Assembly: GCA_907165135.1 (NCBI GenBank)
Contig: OU015569.1
Coordinates: 3,410,001 to 3,474,000 of the forward strand
Length of the DNA stretch: 64,000 bases
Direction of reading: 5' to 3'
Source: Oikopleura dioica
Taxonomy: Eukaryota > Animalia > Chordata
The notes below the pieces were generated by a model. It was not told where the DNA came from, ran no database searches, and saw nothing but the letters and a program-made list of their open reading frames with translations. Of this stretch, positions 12,901 through 26,132 are shown piece by piece. Every line of letters begins with the position of its first letter. The stretch's first letter is position 1. Position numbers and translations under genes: made by a program.

Positions 12901-13627
12901 TTGAGGAAGAAGTGGAAAGGGAATACAATCCGACGGAAAACTACATCGATCTCACACTCGTTCTTCACTTTCGAACTTATTTCTCTCTTAAAAATGATTA
13001 TCAACAATTAAAAAATAAAGAGATTGGATTTTATTTTTTGCTTGTTTCATGCGAAAATTCTCGTGGTTTTCTGCCAGATGCTTGAAAACGGAGCTCATTC
13101 GGATTCAAAGTCAACGCCGGCTCAGGTACCTGATCTCATCAATATCTCAGGAATCACTAACCAACTCTTAGTAATCAATTGTTGGTGATAGAGTGCACTA
13201 CTCTCGTTCTTTTCATTGCAGAGTTCCAAAAGCATCGCATCTTAGTAAAAAGCAGTGAGTTCTCGAAAGTAAATTTTCTAAGCAAGAAAAAAATTGGAAC
13301 TCTTCCGAAAGTCTACTTGAGCTACCTTATCTTAGCGAGAAATTGAGCTCTGCCAAATTTAATTCATCCTGTGCTCTTATTATTTTCTCCTGCATTAAAT
13401 TCAATCTTCAATAAAAAATATTTGAAATCTCTTATTTTTCAAAGGCTCCCACTGAGCTACTGCTGCTGAAGCTGACATTTATCGAAACTAGAAATCGCAA
13501 GTTATCAGATGAACGCAGCGGGGAACGGGCACTACTTCAAAGATTAGGAATAGTGCACGATGCGCCCTCTTTCGACAAGGATTTGAATAAAAACGTCCGG
13601 CGGATTTTCATTTCACAAGATCGCAAA

Positions 13628-14272
13628 ATGACTGACAAGCCAAAATCTCCAGCTACAGAAGATCCTCCCATCTCGCTTACGGCAACCCAAGCAAGACCGT
13701 CGAATCGCGTCATCAGAAGTACTTTGCTGAAGGCTTTGGAAACAGATCCGACGACTGTTGGCCGAAGTGAAGTCGAGCACGATCGCGCCGATCGCTTCAA
13801 ACTAGAACGACTTGCTCTTCCCGACGGAAATCCCACTTCCTATCTTCTCTGCCGCCATTTTGCTTGCGAGGAGAGGCCCTTCAAGGACAAGGTAAAAATG
13901 TGCCATATTTTCTCTAGTCCATAACTTTTAAAGGTGTTCCTTGGAATAGGAAAAAGTGGCAAAGTGACAAATTCGCAGGTCAAGAATCACATGGAAATAG
14001 GCTATCATGGAGGTACCATGGAGCAACTTTCCGAGGCTGCGGCAGAAGTATGCATCAGTCTGCGACTTCCGCCGACACTCTTTTCCTCGGATAGCTTTAA
14101 GAGACTCACTGAGTTTCTAAGCGACGGATACTTTCCAGGCGGCATCAACGAAGAAGACATTCGAGGACACTTCGAGTAAGCTTTATTTATTTTAGTCAAA
14201 TTCCGAATAAACCCATATTTTAGGCAAAAGGGCTACGATCCTGAATGGGAATCCGAAGAAGAAATGAACTAA
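13628..14272 (+). CDS. BED-finger plus hAT dimerisation-domain-like protein (transposase-derived, no DDE domain)
   Basis: Three exons with GT-AG introns. YLLCRHFAC...VKNHMEIGYH is followed by AAAEVCISLRLPPTLFSSDSFKRLTEFL. Confidence 0.6.
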
Positions 14273-14758
14273 GGACAATAACTGCTATCGGAGACAGTAA
14301 CGATTCCAAGATCTTCCCATACTTATTACAAAACTGTGCTTTTTAACGAAACTGATAATAAAATAAAATCTGAAACCAAATATCATCGTTTGCACATCGT
14401 TTGCTTCTTACAGACTCAATATCATGAAAAAATGCGGGCTTATTTAAAATGCGCGTGAAAATTAAAATGTCGGTTGAGAAATGTTTTCGAGAGCGCTGTT
14501 GTGATACGCATCAGAAAAATCTCGAAAAGCAAACGGCCGAAGACGCGCGCGAGGAGCCGGTCCTTCCTCACTCCCAAAAGAGACGCTGTCGAGGTAACTG
14601 CTTTTTCAATTTTTTTGAATTTTTTGAAATTTCGAGTTTTTCTTCTGGCTTCCAGAGATTAGCTTGATAGAAATAGAGGATCACTTCTAATAGCGGCTAG
14701 AGACTGTTCGTGTCCAATTTTTTATTTAGTTCTGTCAATCAACTTGAACAAGGTGAAA

Positions 14759-16430
14759 ATGGTAAAGGCCGAGGAAACCCCCGCTCCCGAGATCACCGAG
14801 GAAGCAATCAAGAAGCTCTTCAACATTGGCTACCGTAACTTTATCGCCGGCGATTACCCAGAGGCCGCCGATGCCCTCCAAGAAGTCTGCCGCTTCAAGT
14901 AAGCACAGACTCGATCTTTTAAAACTCTTAAATCTGCTTTCAGCTCCGAAAAATACGGAGAGAAGGATGATAAGTGCGCGGATGCGCTGCTTCTCTACGG
15001 CCGAACGTTGCTGGAGCTTGGCCGCGCCGAGAACTGCGTTCTAGGCAACGCCCTCAAGGGATGGCGCGAGATCGAGTACGACTCGCAAGACAATATCGAC
15101 AGCGAGCAGTTCGAAAACCCCGAAAAGGTCTCCCCAGGTAAGTGAAGGTGCAGATCGCGCGGCTAATTCGGAATTGTAGATGAGCGTGAAAAGCTTAGAA
15201 ATGACGTCAACGAGGCTATGGCCGAGGCTGACACCATCGAAGAAGAAGAGTCCAAGGACGCCAAGGATGAGGTAGCCATACACTTTTGCGAGTTGTAGTT
15301 TAAAATTGGTATTTAGGAGAAGTCCGAGGATAAAAAGATGGAGACTGAGGAGACCAAGGCCGAGGAAACTAAGCCGGAGGAAAAAAAGGAGGAGGCGAAA
15401 CCTGAGGAGTCGAAGGAGGAGCCCATGTCCACCGATAAGATGGACACTGAAACTACCGAGGCCAAGCCCGCGGAAGAAAAACCAAAGGTAAGCACTGCAA
15501 GAACCTATTCATTTTTATAATTGGACCTTAGGAGCCTGCGTCTGAGGAACAGGATTCGCTCGCCGAGGACCCAGACTCAATGCCCTCCCTCCAGCTCGCT
15601 TGGGAAATCATCGAGCTCGCCCGCGTTATCTTCAACAAGGTATTTTTTCCGTTTTATATCTGATCTTTAACGGAATCTAGCGGCCTGAGTCGATGGAGCG
15701 CGACATCAAAATCAGCGAGTGCTACTTGCGCCTTGGCGAGGTCAGCCTCGAAATCGAAAACTACGCCAACGCCGTTGGCGACTTCCTCGAGTGTCAGGTA
15801 CTGAAGTAACATTCTGGTCAATAGGCAGTTATTTTTCTAGGCGCTCCAGAAGAAGCATTTCGACAAGATCGACCGCCGAATCGCCGAAACCCACTACCAC
15901 CTCGGCGTCGCTTACGGCTACCAAAAGCGACACGACTCCGCCAAAGAGCACTTTGGCGAGGCGCGCAAGATCATCGACGAACGAATCGACTCGTTGACAC
16001 TCAAGTTCGACGAGCTCACCGAGAAGGATGGTCCGATGAGCGAGCAAAATGAGTTGACCAACGAGATTGCTCAACTCAAAGATCTCCTTCCGGACCTCAA
16101 CTCCAAACTTGAGGACATCGAGGCCACACTCAAGTCCGAACCCGTCTCTGACAAGGTCTCTGAGCACCTTAACAAGGACAACAAGGTAAACTGAATGCAA
16201 AGGATTTTTATTATAACTTTGCCTCAGGTTTTAACCGACTCGAACAAGACCAATGAGTCCTCCAACATCCAGCACCTCGTCAAGCGCAAAGCTGAGGTAT
16301 GATATTTAATATATGATATATATAATCTAAGCAAATAGTTTATATTCGTATTTGTGAAATAATATATTTTCAGGAGATGGAAAAGCTAGAGGCCGTCGAG
16401 AAGAAAGCCAAAGTTGACGCCACTGCCTAA
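14759..16430 (+). CDS. NASP: Histone chaperone NASP / N1-N2 (SHNi-TPR)
   Basis: YGRTLLELGRAENCVLGNAL, an acidic insert, LQLAWEIIELARVIF, RRIAETHYHLGVAY, and a C-terminal HLVKRK NLS. Confidence 0.92.
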
Positions 16431-18132
16431 AATGTTTTTGAACTGCCAGAGTATGCTCTTTCTTCATTTTATGGGCTTTGTTCATAAATAAATCTCTTTT
16501 AAATTACTTATTTGTCCATGTCAAATCAGCTAGGAAAACTTTTTAATCAAGATGGAAAAAATACGTATGGCTGTAAAAGCTCGAATAACGTGTTAAAGCT
16601 AACAGCGGTTTTCAGCGACAGGCATTGACGCCAACGCAGCTTAGTGGTTCCATTATGTTTGTTAAACAAAAAAAGGTTCAGAGTTTTAAAGGGTTTTTCT
16701 TCGCCACACCGGATAACCATTATTTAGCTTCCATCTCAATTAGAAACTGAACTAGCGCATCTGATCAATTAACAATACTTCATTCGAGAGTTGTGTTAAC
16801 GCGAAATTATCATGATAAGAATGGAGATAGTTTATCGGATAGACGCCCTTGATGCGGGAAGAAGGGATGCAATAGAAAGTGAAACTGACCGGAAACAAGC
16901 CCGTGACCTTCTTCCCACGGCGCCACGGCCGCACTGAGGTGGTCGAGCCCACTCACTTGCAGTCTCCATTTCTTTATTCTTTTCTGGTACTGCTAGACAC
17001 AGTTTGTACTCGTAACCAGGATGAAAGGCTCAAGTTCCAAATTAAAGCATGACCGAGCGATTTCGTTCAAGGAGCTGGAAGCACTCCCGTCGAGAGATGC
17101 TCACACCACAATAATCATTAGATTCCTATCAAAACGTTTTAGGAGCTTTAGTGCGCCATAAATAGCACATTTAGCTGCATTTATGTCCTTGAACAGTGAT
17201 GGCACTTCGTCAAAAACGTAGTCATGCGTTGCGAAAGAGACCGCCGCTGCGCATCTTATGGCGCTGTTGCGGTGCTGAGGAGCATTCTGAGCACCAAAAT
17301 CTTAAAAGGTTCTGAGAGATATTAGAGCCAACATCAAGAAAAGAGATTTCCCGAAGATTTACGTTTCGTGCTAACGGTATGAGCAATCAGTTATTAAAGT
17401 GGTCTTCATTTTTTGATAGCAGTACATCAAACCTTTTTCGTAATTCGTGTACTGCCCCAATACTGGAAGATATTTATCAAAAAAAAAGACATTTAAATGC
17501 TCCTGCTTCTTGACGTTGCGTTACGAGCCTATAATAAAAAAGTACCAGGAAGAACAAACTTTCACTAAAATCATGATGATAATCATAGAAAATATTATAT
17601 TTATACATTACATACAAATAAGAAGCAAATAAATGGTTTTAAAACCAGTAAAGAAGACAGAAAACGTTTGTTTTACATCTAAACGTAGTGGCATTTAAAA
17701 AAGGATGCTCGTCCTAACCGGTTCTTACTAAAAGCCAAAACATGATCCCAAATCTCTCTCTGATCTTCTGGCCTAGATCTACGTTGATCCGAGATTATCT
17801 TAAATTTCAATGTAAAGCAGATTTTACTCGGCGTGAAACGATCCTGTAGAATTCCGACGACCGAACTAAGCTGTATTATTAGATGTAAAGTTAGCAGCAA
17901 GTAGGCGGTTTTCTGTTCAATATGATAATCTTATAAAGGCCCATAAGTTATGTTGACAGTACTTCCATATCTAAGCTACTCCAGGAAAGATCACGTCAGA
18001 GTGCGTTTTCCAAAACCGCTAGAATAAGCGCGTGATCTTTTTTGTCAAAGTGTGATATTTTCAGCTCTTATTAGCTCGTTCTCATAAGCTTATTTCAGTA
18101 TTTCTTATCAATCTTTTAAGCGGTGGGCCAAA

Positions 18133-19050
18133 ATGAGCAAGCTCAGACTTCAGTTGATAAGTTGCGGATTATTGTCTAAAGGAGTCTACGCATGGGTCGA
18201 ATCCTACGATGGAGGAGAAGACGGTCGGTTTATTTTATCAATTAAAATGCTCTCTAAAGGGAATTTAAGACGAGAAAGTTATCAAGATCATGTTGCCCAT
18301 GATTGCTATCGCCGTTTTGGCCTGCGTGGTCGGATATTATATCAAGAACAAGTTCTGTAAGGTCGACGAAGACGAAGAGAACAAGAAAGAGAAAGATTTA
18401 CAGCGGGATCTCGAAAAGATGCGTTTCCCACCGCCAAAGGCGAACAAACCGTGGCTAAACATGCCTCCAACTAACAGTGAGTTCGTCTTTTTTTTTTGCA
18501 AAAATTCTATTTTCATGAGATGCTCCGCGAGTGCCACCAGGAGGATATGAATACACACTACCTGGATATCCATCTTACGGCGACAAAAGGACAAATTCAA
18601 GAGAATCCGGAAAGGTAGGAAATCTTCTGAAAATGGCCTTTTAAAAGTTCTTTTTTTTTCAGAATTCAAATGGATCTAGTGGATACCAGAGTCACATGAC
18701 AGTCAACAACTACCATGAGAAAAAACGAAGCCGACCAGAGGTTCGTACCTAGCGCAGAATAAGTCATACTATTCCATCATTCGTTTAGAAAGAAAGGCGC
18801 CAAAAGCGCTCTCGCAATTCCGACGAGAAAAAGGCTCCTAGAGAGGAGGCTAGAGTAAGATATTATTTTTTAACGCATGGGAGACCTTTTTACCCTGAAA
18901 TAGAACTGAATACTGAAAATAGAAAAATATAAACTATTATTAGCACGGAAGACATGGAGGAAGACAAATGCAAGAAACTAACCGCACTAGGACGGTTCCA
19001 AATCCACAGATGCAAAACCCTACGAGGTACTAAACATGTACCTTTCGCAC
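18133..19050 (+). CDS. Small single-pass membrane protein, unknown function
   Basis: Signal-like N-terminus, TM segment MLPMIAIAVLACVVGYYI and a Pro/Tyr-rich tail. The 3' exons are uncertain. Confidence 0.5.
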
Positions 19051-19652
19051 ATCTACACTAAGTTAAGCCGCCCCTCACGAAAACAAAGACCCTGAATCTG
19101 ATCCTTTGAAAGGACCCAAATAACTGTTGTAGTTCACCAATACTTCTTCGCTTTCTACTTTATTATATAAGCGCCTGTTTTTTTTCTTTGCGAAATACGA
19201 AAAGTATATAACTCACTGTACAAAATGCTTAATAAATATTAAATTAAACGTCTCTTTGAACGGAAATCTGTTGCATAAAGCATAATCGAGTGTATATATA
19301 TTTTTGGCCAAGTAGTAAATATTTTGAATCGTTTGAAGCAACACGGAGCGCTGAACCTTCTGAAGCGCCTGCGAAGGTCTTATGCTGCTTTCATGAGCTT
19401 AAATAATTTAGAAACTTGCTTGCAAATCATCGAATTGAGGATAAATACGATCAAAATTTGATCAACTTGTTTACTAACCAACTGTCTTAGCAAAGTCTGA
19501 CAAAATAGCTCGTTCTCAGACAAATACTAGTTCAATTTACATAATCTTTATTATTAAAAATACTGGTGATATAAATGCTTGGCTTTGCAGAAGTAGAGCT
19601 ACAGAAAAAATGAAGTTAGCGAAAGAAGGTTAGGTTGATTGAGTAGGTAAAA

Positions 19653-20908
19653 TTAGGAAACTTTTAGTTTTTTGGCAGCACGGTGGAGGCGCTCCACGAC
19701 AAAGTCGTAGAGTTCGTATTCAAGCTTCAGCGAAGTGTTTTCTTTGAGCCATTCTCGCGTCTCTGGCGATGTCTTTTTCTTGTTCAAAGTTTTCGTTTGT
19801 GTTTTCATGTTTTGGGATTCGTCCGAAACGGTGAGTTCTCGGGCACCGCTGAAGAAACCAGGCAACAGCTGCTCCAGAATCCCGAGAGAAAGGTCCATTT
19901 CTTCAAGAGTTCCAACGAAGAGATAGTTTTCTTCAATATGTTCCTGGAATAAATAATAAATACTTGATTGCGGTGATTTCAATAAAATATCGAAAAGGAT
20001 TCTAATTCAAATTACTATCGAGCTTGTCATCTCTACTTACTTTGGCAATCTGAACGGCGCGAATATGTCGATTGTTGCATTCAGCGTCCATGCCACAAAA
20101 GTAAGGAACAACTTGCCAAACAGGTTGGGTACATTCACGGCGTCTTTTTTGCGACGCACTCATCAACAGACTCGTTACGTTGTTCATCGGAGAGCCGCGC
20201 GTTCCCACCACCGCCCTTTTCATTGCCGAATCTGGAGAAATAGTAGAAACTTTCAAAACGGTCGATCGGATCACGGATCATGTTGATGTAAGCAGCGGAA
20301 AAATCTTCGTTGAGTTCACTGAAGAAGAAATTTGTATTCATTCGAGCTAATTTCTTTAACCTGAAGTCAATGTAGTACTGATGTCTAATGTACATATATG
20401 GAGGTTCTTGGTTTTGAAGGAAATCGACGAATTCTCGCTGCTCCGTGATGGTCTTTTCGGGCTTCTCGCCTGGCTCGTAAGGTGACTCCACTTTAAAATT
20501 GTTCTTTCCTCCCAGTTTATAACTCAGGGTAGTCATTGACATCGATGCGCACTGAAACACGAATAGAGTAATCGAACCGTTCGAACGAGAATAGTATTCA
20601 CCTTTGGAACTCGATTGTAAACGACGAATTGCGCTTCAGGCATCGGTCTTATTTCCAAATCCTCAAGATGATCTTCAAGTTCTTTGATTGCTTCCATTGC
20701 ATTTTCTAGGGGAGAACTTCAAACGCTCTTGCCCAAATTTTCTGTTACCTGTGTCGATGTTGATATCTTTGAGCACATTTTCTAGCTTTCGTTGGATCTC
20801 TTTTGTATCTTCAGTAAAGTAGTAAAGAAAGGCGAGCATTCCAAACAGCCCAAAGAGGAAGACACATCCTCGAATCAAGTTCAATTGTCTACGACGCAAC
20901 ACAACCAT
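19653..20908 (-). CDS. Heparan sulfate / uronyl 2-O-sulfotransferase (HS2ST/UST family)
   Basis: Type II TM segment, VVYNRVPKCAS, YINMIRDPIDRFESFYYF, VPYFCG, EYELYDFV. Confidence 0.9.
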
Positions 20909-20977
20909 CTAAAAAGTAAGAAATGGAATATTTTCAGCCAGCTGATTAGATAATTCAAATGCTCAAGAGAATAGATT

Positions 20978-22611
20978 CTATTTATCCGCCGGCTTCGGCT
21001 TCCACTTTTTGTTGACCGGTTGAGTGCCAGGCGGACAGGGTTGAAAATAAATATCACGGAAGCCATTTTGAAGACTGAGTACGTCGCCAGACGCGTCAAC
21101 ATCTTCGGAATGATGTGATTGTATTTTTGAATAAACTAGCAATATCCTCGACGTCCTCATGTTCAGTATTTGCTCGCAATCGCAAAACAGTTCGAAAGAA
21201 GAGTGCCGCGGGTAAAGAAGCTTGCCATGCTCTGAAATTTACTGTTTGAACCTGAAAATAAACTATCAATACTTTTTAGCTCTTCTCTCGAGACCGGATA
21301 CCAAAAGACTAGTCGTCCTCCAACGCGTAGGTGCTTGTTGGAGAACTTCATCAAGTCTGCGAACACGTCGTTCAAATTATAAGCGACTTTATCCGGAAAA
21401 TGCGTCCCATCAAAGTCAATCCAGTCATCAAATTTCTTCGAAGTTCCAACCTTTTCCGACTTTTCTCGGACCCCATAAGGAGGATCAGTGATAATCGCGT
21501 CAAACCAACCACCATCTATGCCTCTCCAGGGGTTGATGTTGTTGTCAATAACTCATCCGCGGATTCATAATTTTGTCGAACGAATAAGGCAAAATTTAGG
21601 ATCATTACTTAGTCATAGAAAAGCGAATTTAAAATCCAACCTAATGAGTCCACACAATGTCCTCCAAGTCCAAATCCTTCTAAAGCTCCACGGAGTGTTT
21701 CGTTCGGTTTTCTGTTTTCCTGTCCCATTCTCGCTGATTTTCCTTTCGCCATCATTACGTTCCAGCAAATATCCGACCCCAAGACCATCGATTTGAAATG
21801 TGCGGAAGTGAGGAGCATACTCCCCGTCCCACAGAATGGGTCAAAAACAAGAGACCCTGCGCTCACTTGCGCCAAGTTGGTCATGAACAGGCACAACTCT
21901 GCATCCATGGAGGTATTTCCAACGGCGACACGATTCCTGACAGCATATTTTTCGATCAAGTTTCGTTGTCCATTGCAGAGAAATCGACCAACTGAGACGT
22001 AGACAAGGTCGTCTTCGCGACGAGGCGAGTTATCCTTTGGTATCCCATAATTCTCGATGATCGTTATTTTGCACTCGGGATTTTTTAAGTTGATCTTGCC
22101 TCGCATTGGCAAGCAGTTTGCAAAAGAATCAAACTTGCGAATTCTCTCTGGCATGGTCATCTTTTTTCGGTGAATTAGTTCGATTTCGAAAGCGAATTCT
22201 TTTTCGTAAAAAGGAGCCCTCAGACTATCATCGTTTTCCCTAGAGTAGCATTATTAAACTTCTTTTTGTTATGTGTTTACTGACCGAAAGTTTTTGTGAA
22301 CTTCTTCGTACGACGCTCCTTCTTCCCACAACTCGTATAATCCATATATTGAAATGGATCTCGAGCATAACTCGCGAAGTTTGACTTCGGTAATATCTTT
22401 ATCTTCCTTCAAATTGAATCTGACGTTATTCTGAATATACTTTTTTGCTCTGTATTATCTAAGCTGAACTCACCAGTGCACATTCTGCGTCACTAAAATG
22501 ATGAGCAGGGATCTTCATCAACTCTGCTAAAGCTCGTAGCTCAGCCATGACGAAATGAAAATGGTCTTGCTTTATTGATAAAAGCAATACCCATGTTTTT
22601 TTTCTTGACAT
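20978..22611 (-). CDS. TRMT11: tRNA (guanine-10-N2)-methyltransferase
   Basis: GNTSMDAEL, VFDPFCGTGS, FDAIITDPPYGVRE, GGRLVFWYP. Confidence 0.93.
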
Positions 22612-22750
22612 TTTCTTTCTAAATTTATATTCAAAAGGACCATTTTGAATTAGGTCTAATTATCTTTCCATCGGACAGCTTGAATAATTCTGAGCTAACA
22701 GTAATTGAACTGGAATCAAGAATAAATACTCCGAATCAGAAGTATTTGAT

Positions 22751-23432
22751 CAGGGATGGAAATCTGAGCGGCACGGCACGGCACGGCACAGCGGCATGGC
22801 ACGGCACGGCACGTGCCGTACCGTGCCGTGCCGGAGAGTAAAATCTGGTTGCGGCACCGCGGCACAGTAAAATTAACCATTCCTTGATTTGTTAATTTAA
22901 GGGCTTGACGGCCCTTCGGGCCGTTTCAGCCCCGTTCCTTGATTTGTTAATTTAAGAGGCTTGACGGCCCTTCGGGCCGTTTCAGCCCCGTTCCTTGATT
23001 TGTTAATTTAAGAAGCTTGACGGCCCTTCGGGCCGTTTCAGCCCCGTTCCTTGATTTGTTAATTTAAGGGGCTTGACGGCCCTTCGGGCCGTTTCAGCCC
23101 CGTTCCTTGATTTATTAATTTAAGGGGCTTGACGGCCCCAACCCCACTCTCATCCATTGTTAGAAAAATTCAAATTATCCAAGATTTTGATTTTATTATG
23201 GTTTTCATTTTAACTTTTGAAAATTCTATAAGTACACTAGCAGCTTTAATTTTTTTCATTTATATAAATAAGTTATATGATTCGAATTTGTGCCGTGCCG
23301 TGCCGTTGTGCCGCGGCACCCCATTATCGAATTTTGTGCCGTGCCGTGCCGTACCGTGCCGCGGCACGGGTATTTTGGTTGTGCCGTGCCGTGCCGGTGC
23401 CGCTTGAAAATTTTCTCCTATTTCCATCCCTG
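22751..23432. mobile_element. Non-autonomous hAT (Ac-like) MITE
   Basis: 13-bp TIR CAGGGATGGAAAT / ATTTCCATCCCTG, perfect 8-bp TSD TATTTGAT (22743-22750, 23433-23440), and (CGGCA)n subterminal arrays at both ends. Confidence 0.93.
22880..23138. repeat. 56-bp minisatellite, about 4.6 copies, each with a GC-rich hairpin
   Basis: Units start at 22880, 22935, 22991, 23047 and 23103. Core is ACGGCCC-TTC-GGGCCGT. Confidence 0.95.
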
Positions 23433-23504
23433 TATTTGATAAGAATTGTCTATCCCGAAGGATGTGAAAATATTTCAGCAAGATGAGAGTTTCCCATTGA
23501 GAAG

Positions 23505-25734
23505 TTATCTCAGATAGCTTGGGCAAAAGTGACTGGTGCTCTTCCACCATTCATCCATAAAAGTCACAAGCTCTTCGTGAAGAGGGCCTTTCGTCATGTA
23601 ACTCATGTTCGTTTCGAGTTGCTCAACTCTTGAAGCACCTTTCAAAGGCTTTCAAAGGAAAATTTCAAATCAAGTTGAATGGAACTTCAGCGTTTGCCTA
23701 GTATAAAGCCTGGCCTAAAACAATGCGATCGCCTTTCTCTCCAGAGAGGCATGAGTGATGGAGAAGCCATCGATAAGCTGCCTCGGCTACGGTAGCATCT
23801 TCTCCATCGTGGTGCTTTGCCAGAAGCTCCTTGATCTTTTCCATTGCGTTGAAGTGCTCAACTTTCCAGTAGCGATCTCTTTAACAAATTCAACTTTTGA
23901 AGACGTTGGAGTTTTTAACCTGTAAATTTTGTCCCATCCATTGTTGTTCATATTGAATCGGCCGAATTCGATCTTCTGCTCTTCCTCATCCTTGAACTTA
24001 TGCTTGCCAGTAAGAATACCGCCACCAAGGGGAGAGTATGCGTAGAAACGCATGTTGTGATATCGCAGACAAGGGATGAGTTCGACTTCTACTTGCCTCG
24101 TGATAGCAGAGTACATTCCCTGGTAAACAGTGGGAACGATGAAGCCTTTCTGCTTGCAAATGTTGACTGCTTCAGCCACGAGCTAAAGATCTCATTACAA
24201 CAGAGAAACAAATCCCCATAAAGTCGCGACACCGGAAATCGGCTTGAGTTGAAGTTCATGAACAAAATCAGCGGAAACAAGAGAACACACACTATTTCCA
24301 TAGAGACGCTGATTATGATGAGACGATTGACAAATGCGTTATGATAAGGCAGCGGAAAGTAAACATGAAGAAAACAAGTTAAAACGTACCCATGAGGAAT
24401 AATTCGATAGTCCGAGCTCATCAAATTTGCCCTCTTGGTGCATTTCGTTCATAGCAGCCAGAGTTTCTTCAAGAGGTGTTTCGTGATCTTAACATATGTC
24501 TATCGCAACAGGAAAACGTTCCGCAAATGAATATTTCGGATATATAAATGGCTTCTTGAGAACGAGAAAAAGTCGGAAGCAGTAGAGAAAACTCACCTGG
24601 AGCATGTAAGTAACAAATCTGAACCTTCTTGACTCGCATGTTCGCCAACGAGGTTTCGAGCTGTTTACGGACAGACTCCTTTCCAAGTCCCTTTCCGTTC
24701 CACGGATTCACCTTGGTAGCCATCCCGATTTCTGGTTTCTTCCATGCGGGAATGGTTCCTTAAAACTTTTTTAATCAAAGCAAATGATGATTCAGACAAC
24801 GTTAAATCTTCAGCTTGAGTGGTGTGCCTTGTTCTTCTATCGCGCTTTAGTACAAGAGTAAATCGATTAAGACACATTCAAGGGTCACCATGGAAATTTC
24901 TATTATACACGCGAAGTTTTTTTCTTCATCAAAAGGAGCGATTTTTATTTCTCTTTCAGGTGATAGTAACATGGACATTGCGCCAGAGCTCAAGGCCGCT
25001 TTCGAGGTTTTTGAACGAGAGAAAAAAGACGATGTGATTGAAATTTCGCAGCTTGGCGATTGTCTTCGCATGACTAATCTAGTCATTACGGAAACTTTTC
25101 TTGAAGCACAAAGGTACATTTGTACTTGTCTTACTATTTTATTTGGCTTTAGAAAGAGACTAAAAGATGACGAGATTCCATCGATTGATTGGAATCTCTT
25201 TGCTGGGATTTATAGTGCCGCTTCTGGAGAGGTTCTAGCAGAGGATACTCTTGGTGAATCGTTAAAGACGCTAGAAGTGGCAAAAATCTTCGAAGATGGA
25301 ACGATAGGCCGTAGAATAAAAACCTCGCATCTGAGAGAATTTCTGACGACATTTGGGGATGATCCTCTCACAGAGGAAGAAGCGCAAGAACTAATTCAAG
25401 ACATGGACCAAGTATTGAAAACTTCCAAGCGCAATAACTAAGAAAATCTTAGCTGCTGCAAGGGGAAGTGCAGTCAGATGCAGTGGCGATGGAACTGGTT
25501 CATGGCATGCCACTCGACGAGTTCTGATTTTCAAACAAAATAAACTTTAGTCATACCTAGAACTTTCTCCGTCTTTCCGCCGACGTACATAAAGGCAGTA
25601 TCGATTTCGTCAGCCCCGATAGATCCACCCTTGCTCAAAAAAAACTCGACCATTTTTTTGGGCACGTCTCCCACAGTGGCGTTTCTGCCCATTTCCATCG
25701 TTCCGAGCGATGCTTTGATCATCTTTGCACTCAT
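23505..25734 (-). CDS. AKR7A: Aldo-keto reductase family 7 (aflatoxin B1 aldehyde reductase-like)
   Basis: LGTMEMGR, IDTAFMY, ATKVNPW, YLHAPDH, PTVYQGMY, YAYSPLGGGILTGK, C-terminal CPSYLR. Confidence 0.92.
24971..25526 (+). CDS. Myosin light chain / calmodulin-like EF-hand protein nested in AKR7 intron 1
   Basis: ELKAAFEVFER, QLGDCLR, HLREFLTTFGDDPLTEEEAQELI. Has its own short GT-AG introns. Confidence 0.8.
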
Positions 25735-26132
25735 TTTCTCTAATTAATTTTCGTGCGAGCGGGATAGAATTTGGCAACTACATGTATTATCAAGATTTCA
25801 GTAAATATTGGTATGAACAGCAGTAAACTTCGCGTCTTTGATTTACATAGTTTAAAGTTAGAAGCGGATGGTACAGGTAACAGAAAAATTTACATTGCTT
25901 CATCGTTTTCATTAGCTTCGTGCCGCGCAAGGTAAAATAAAAATATGAACAGAATTATCTTTCGAAGTTGAGTGTCGCACATTGGACAAACGAATATAAC
26001 TGGAATGTTGTGCAGAATAACTTAAAGTTTAAATTTTAGACGACATCATTGAGGGAACTTGAGTGGGCGCTCAGACACTGTCTAACTCGAGTTAGGCAAA
26101 ATGGAACGATAGTCAACTATAAATTGCTCATT

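Noticed and set aside
12300-13130. Possible plus-strand gene fragments
   Set aside because: Splice-like sites exist but I could not build a continuous ORF.
22880-23138. CRISPR-like array of hairpin repeats
   Set aside because: There are no unique spacers or cas genes. It is a tandem repeat inside a eukaryotic MITE.
23129-23550. ORFs over the MITE repeats (also 17-223, 45730-45936, 46092-46418)
   Set aside because: These are translations of transposon terminal repeats.
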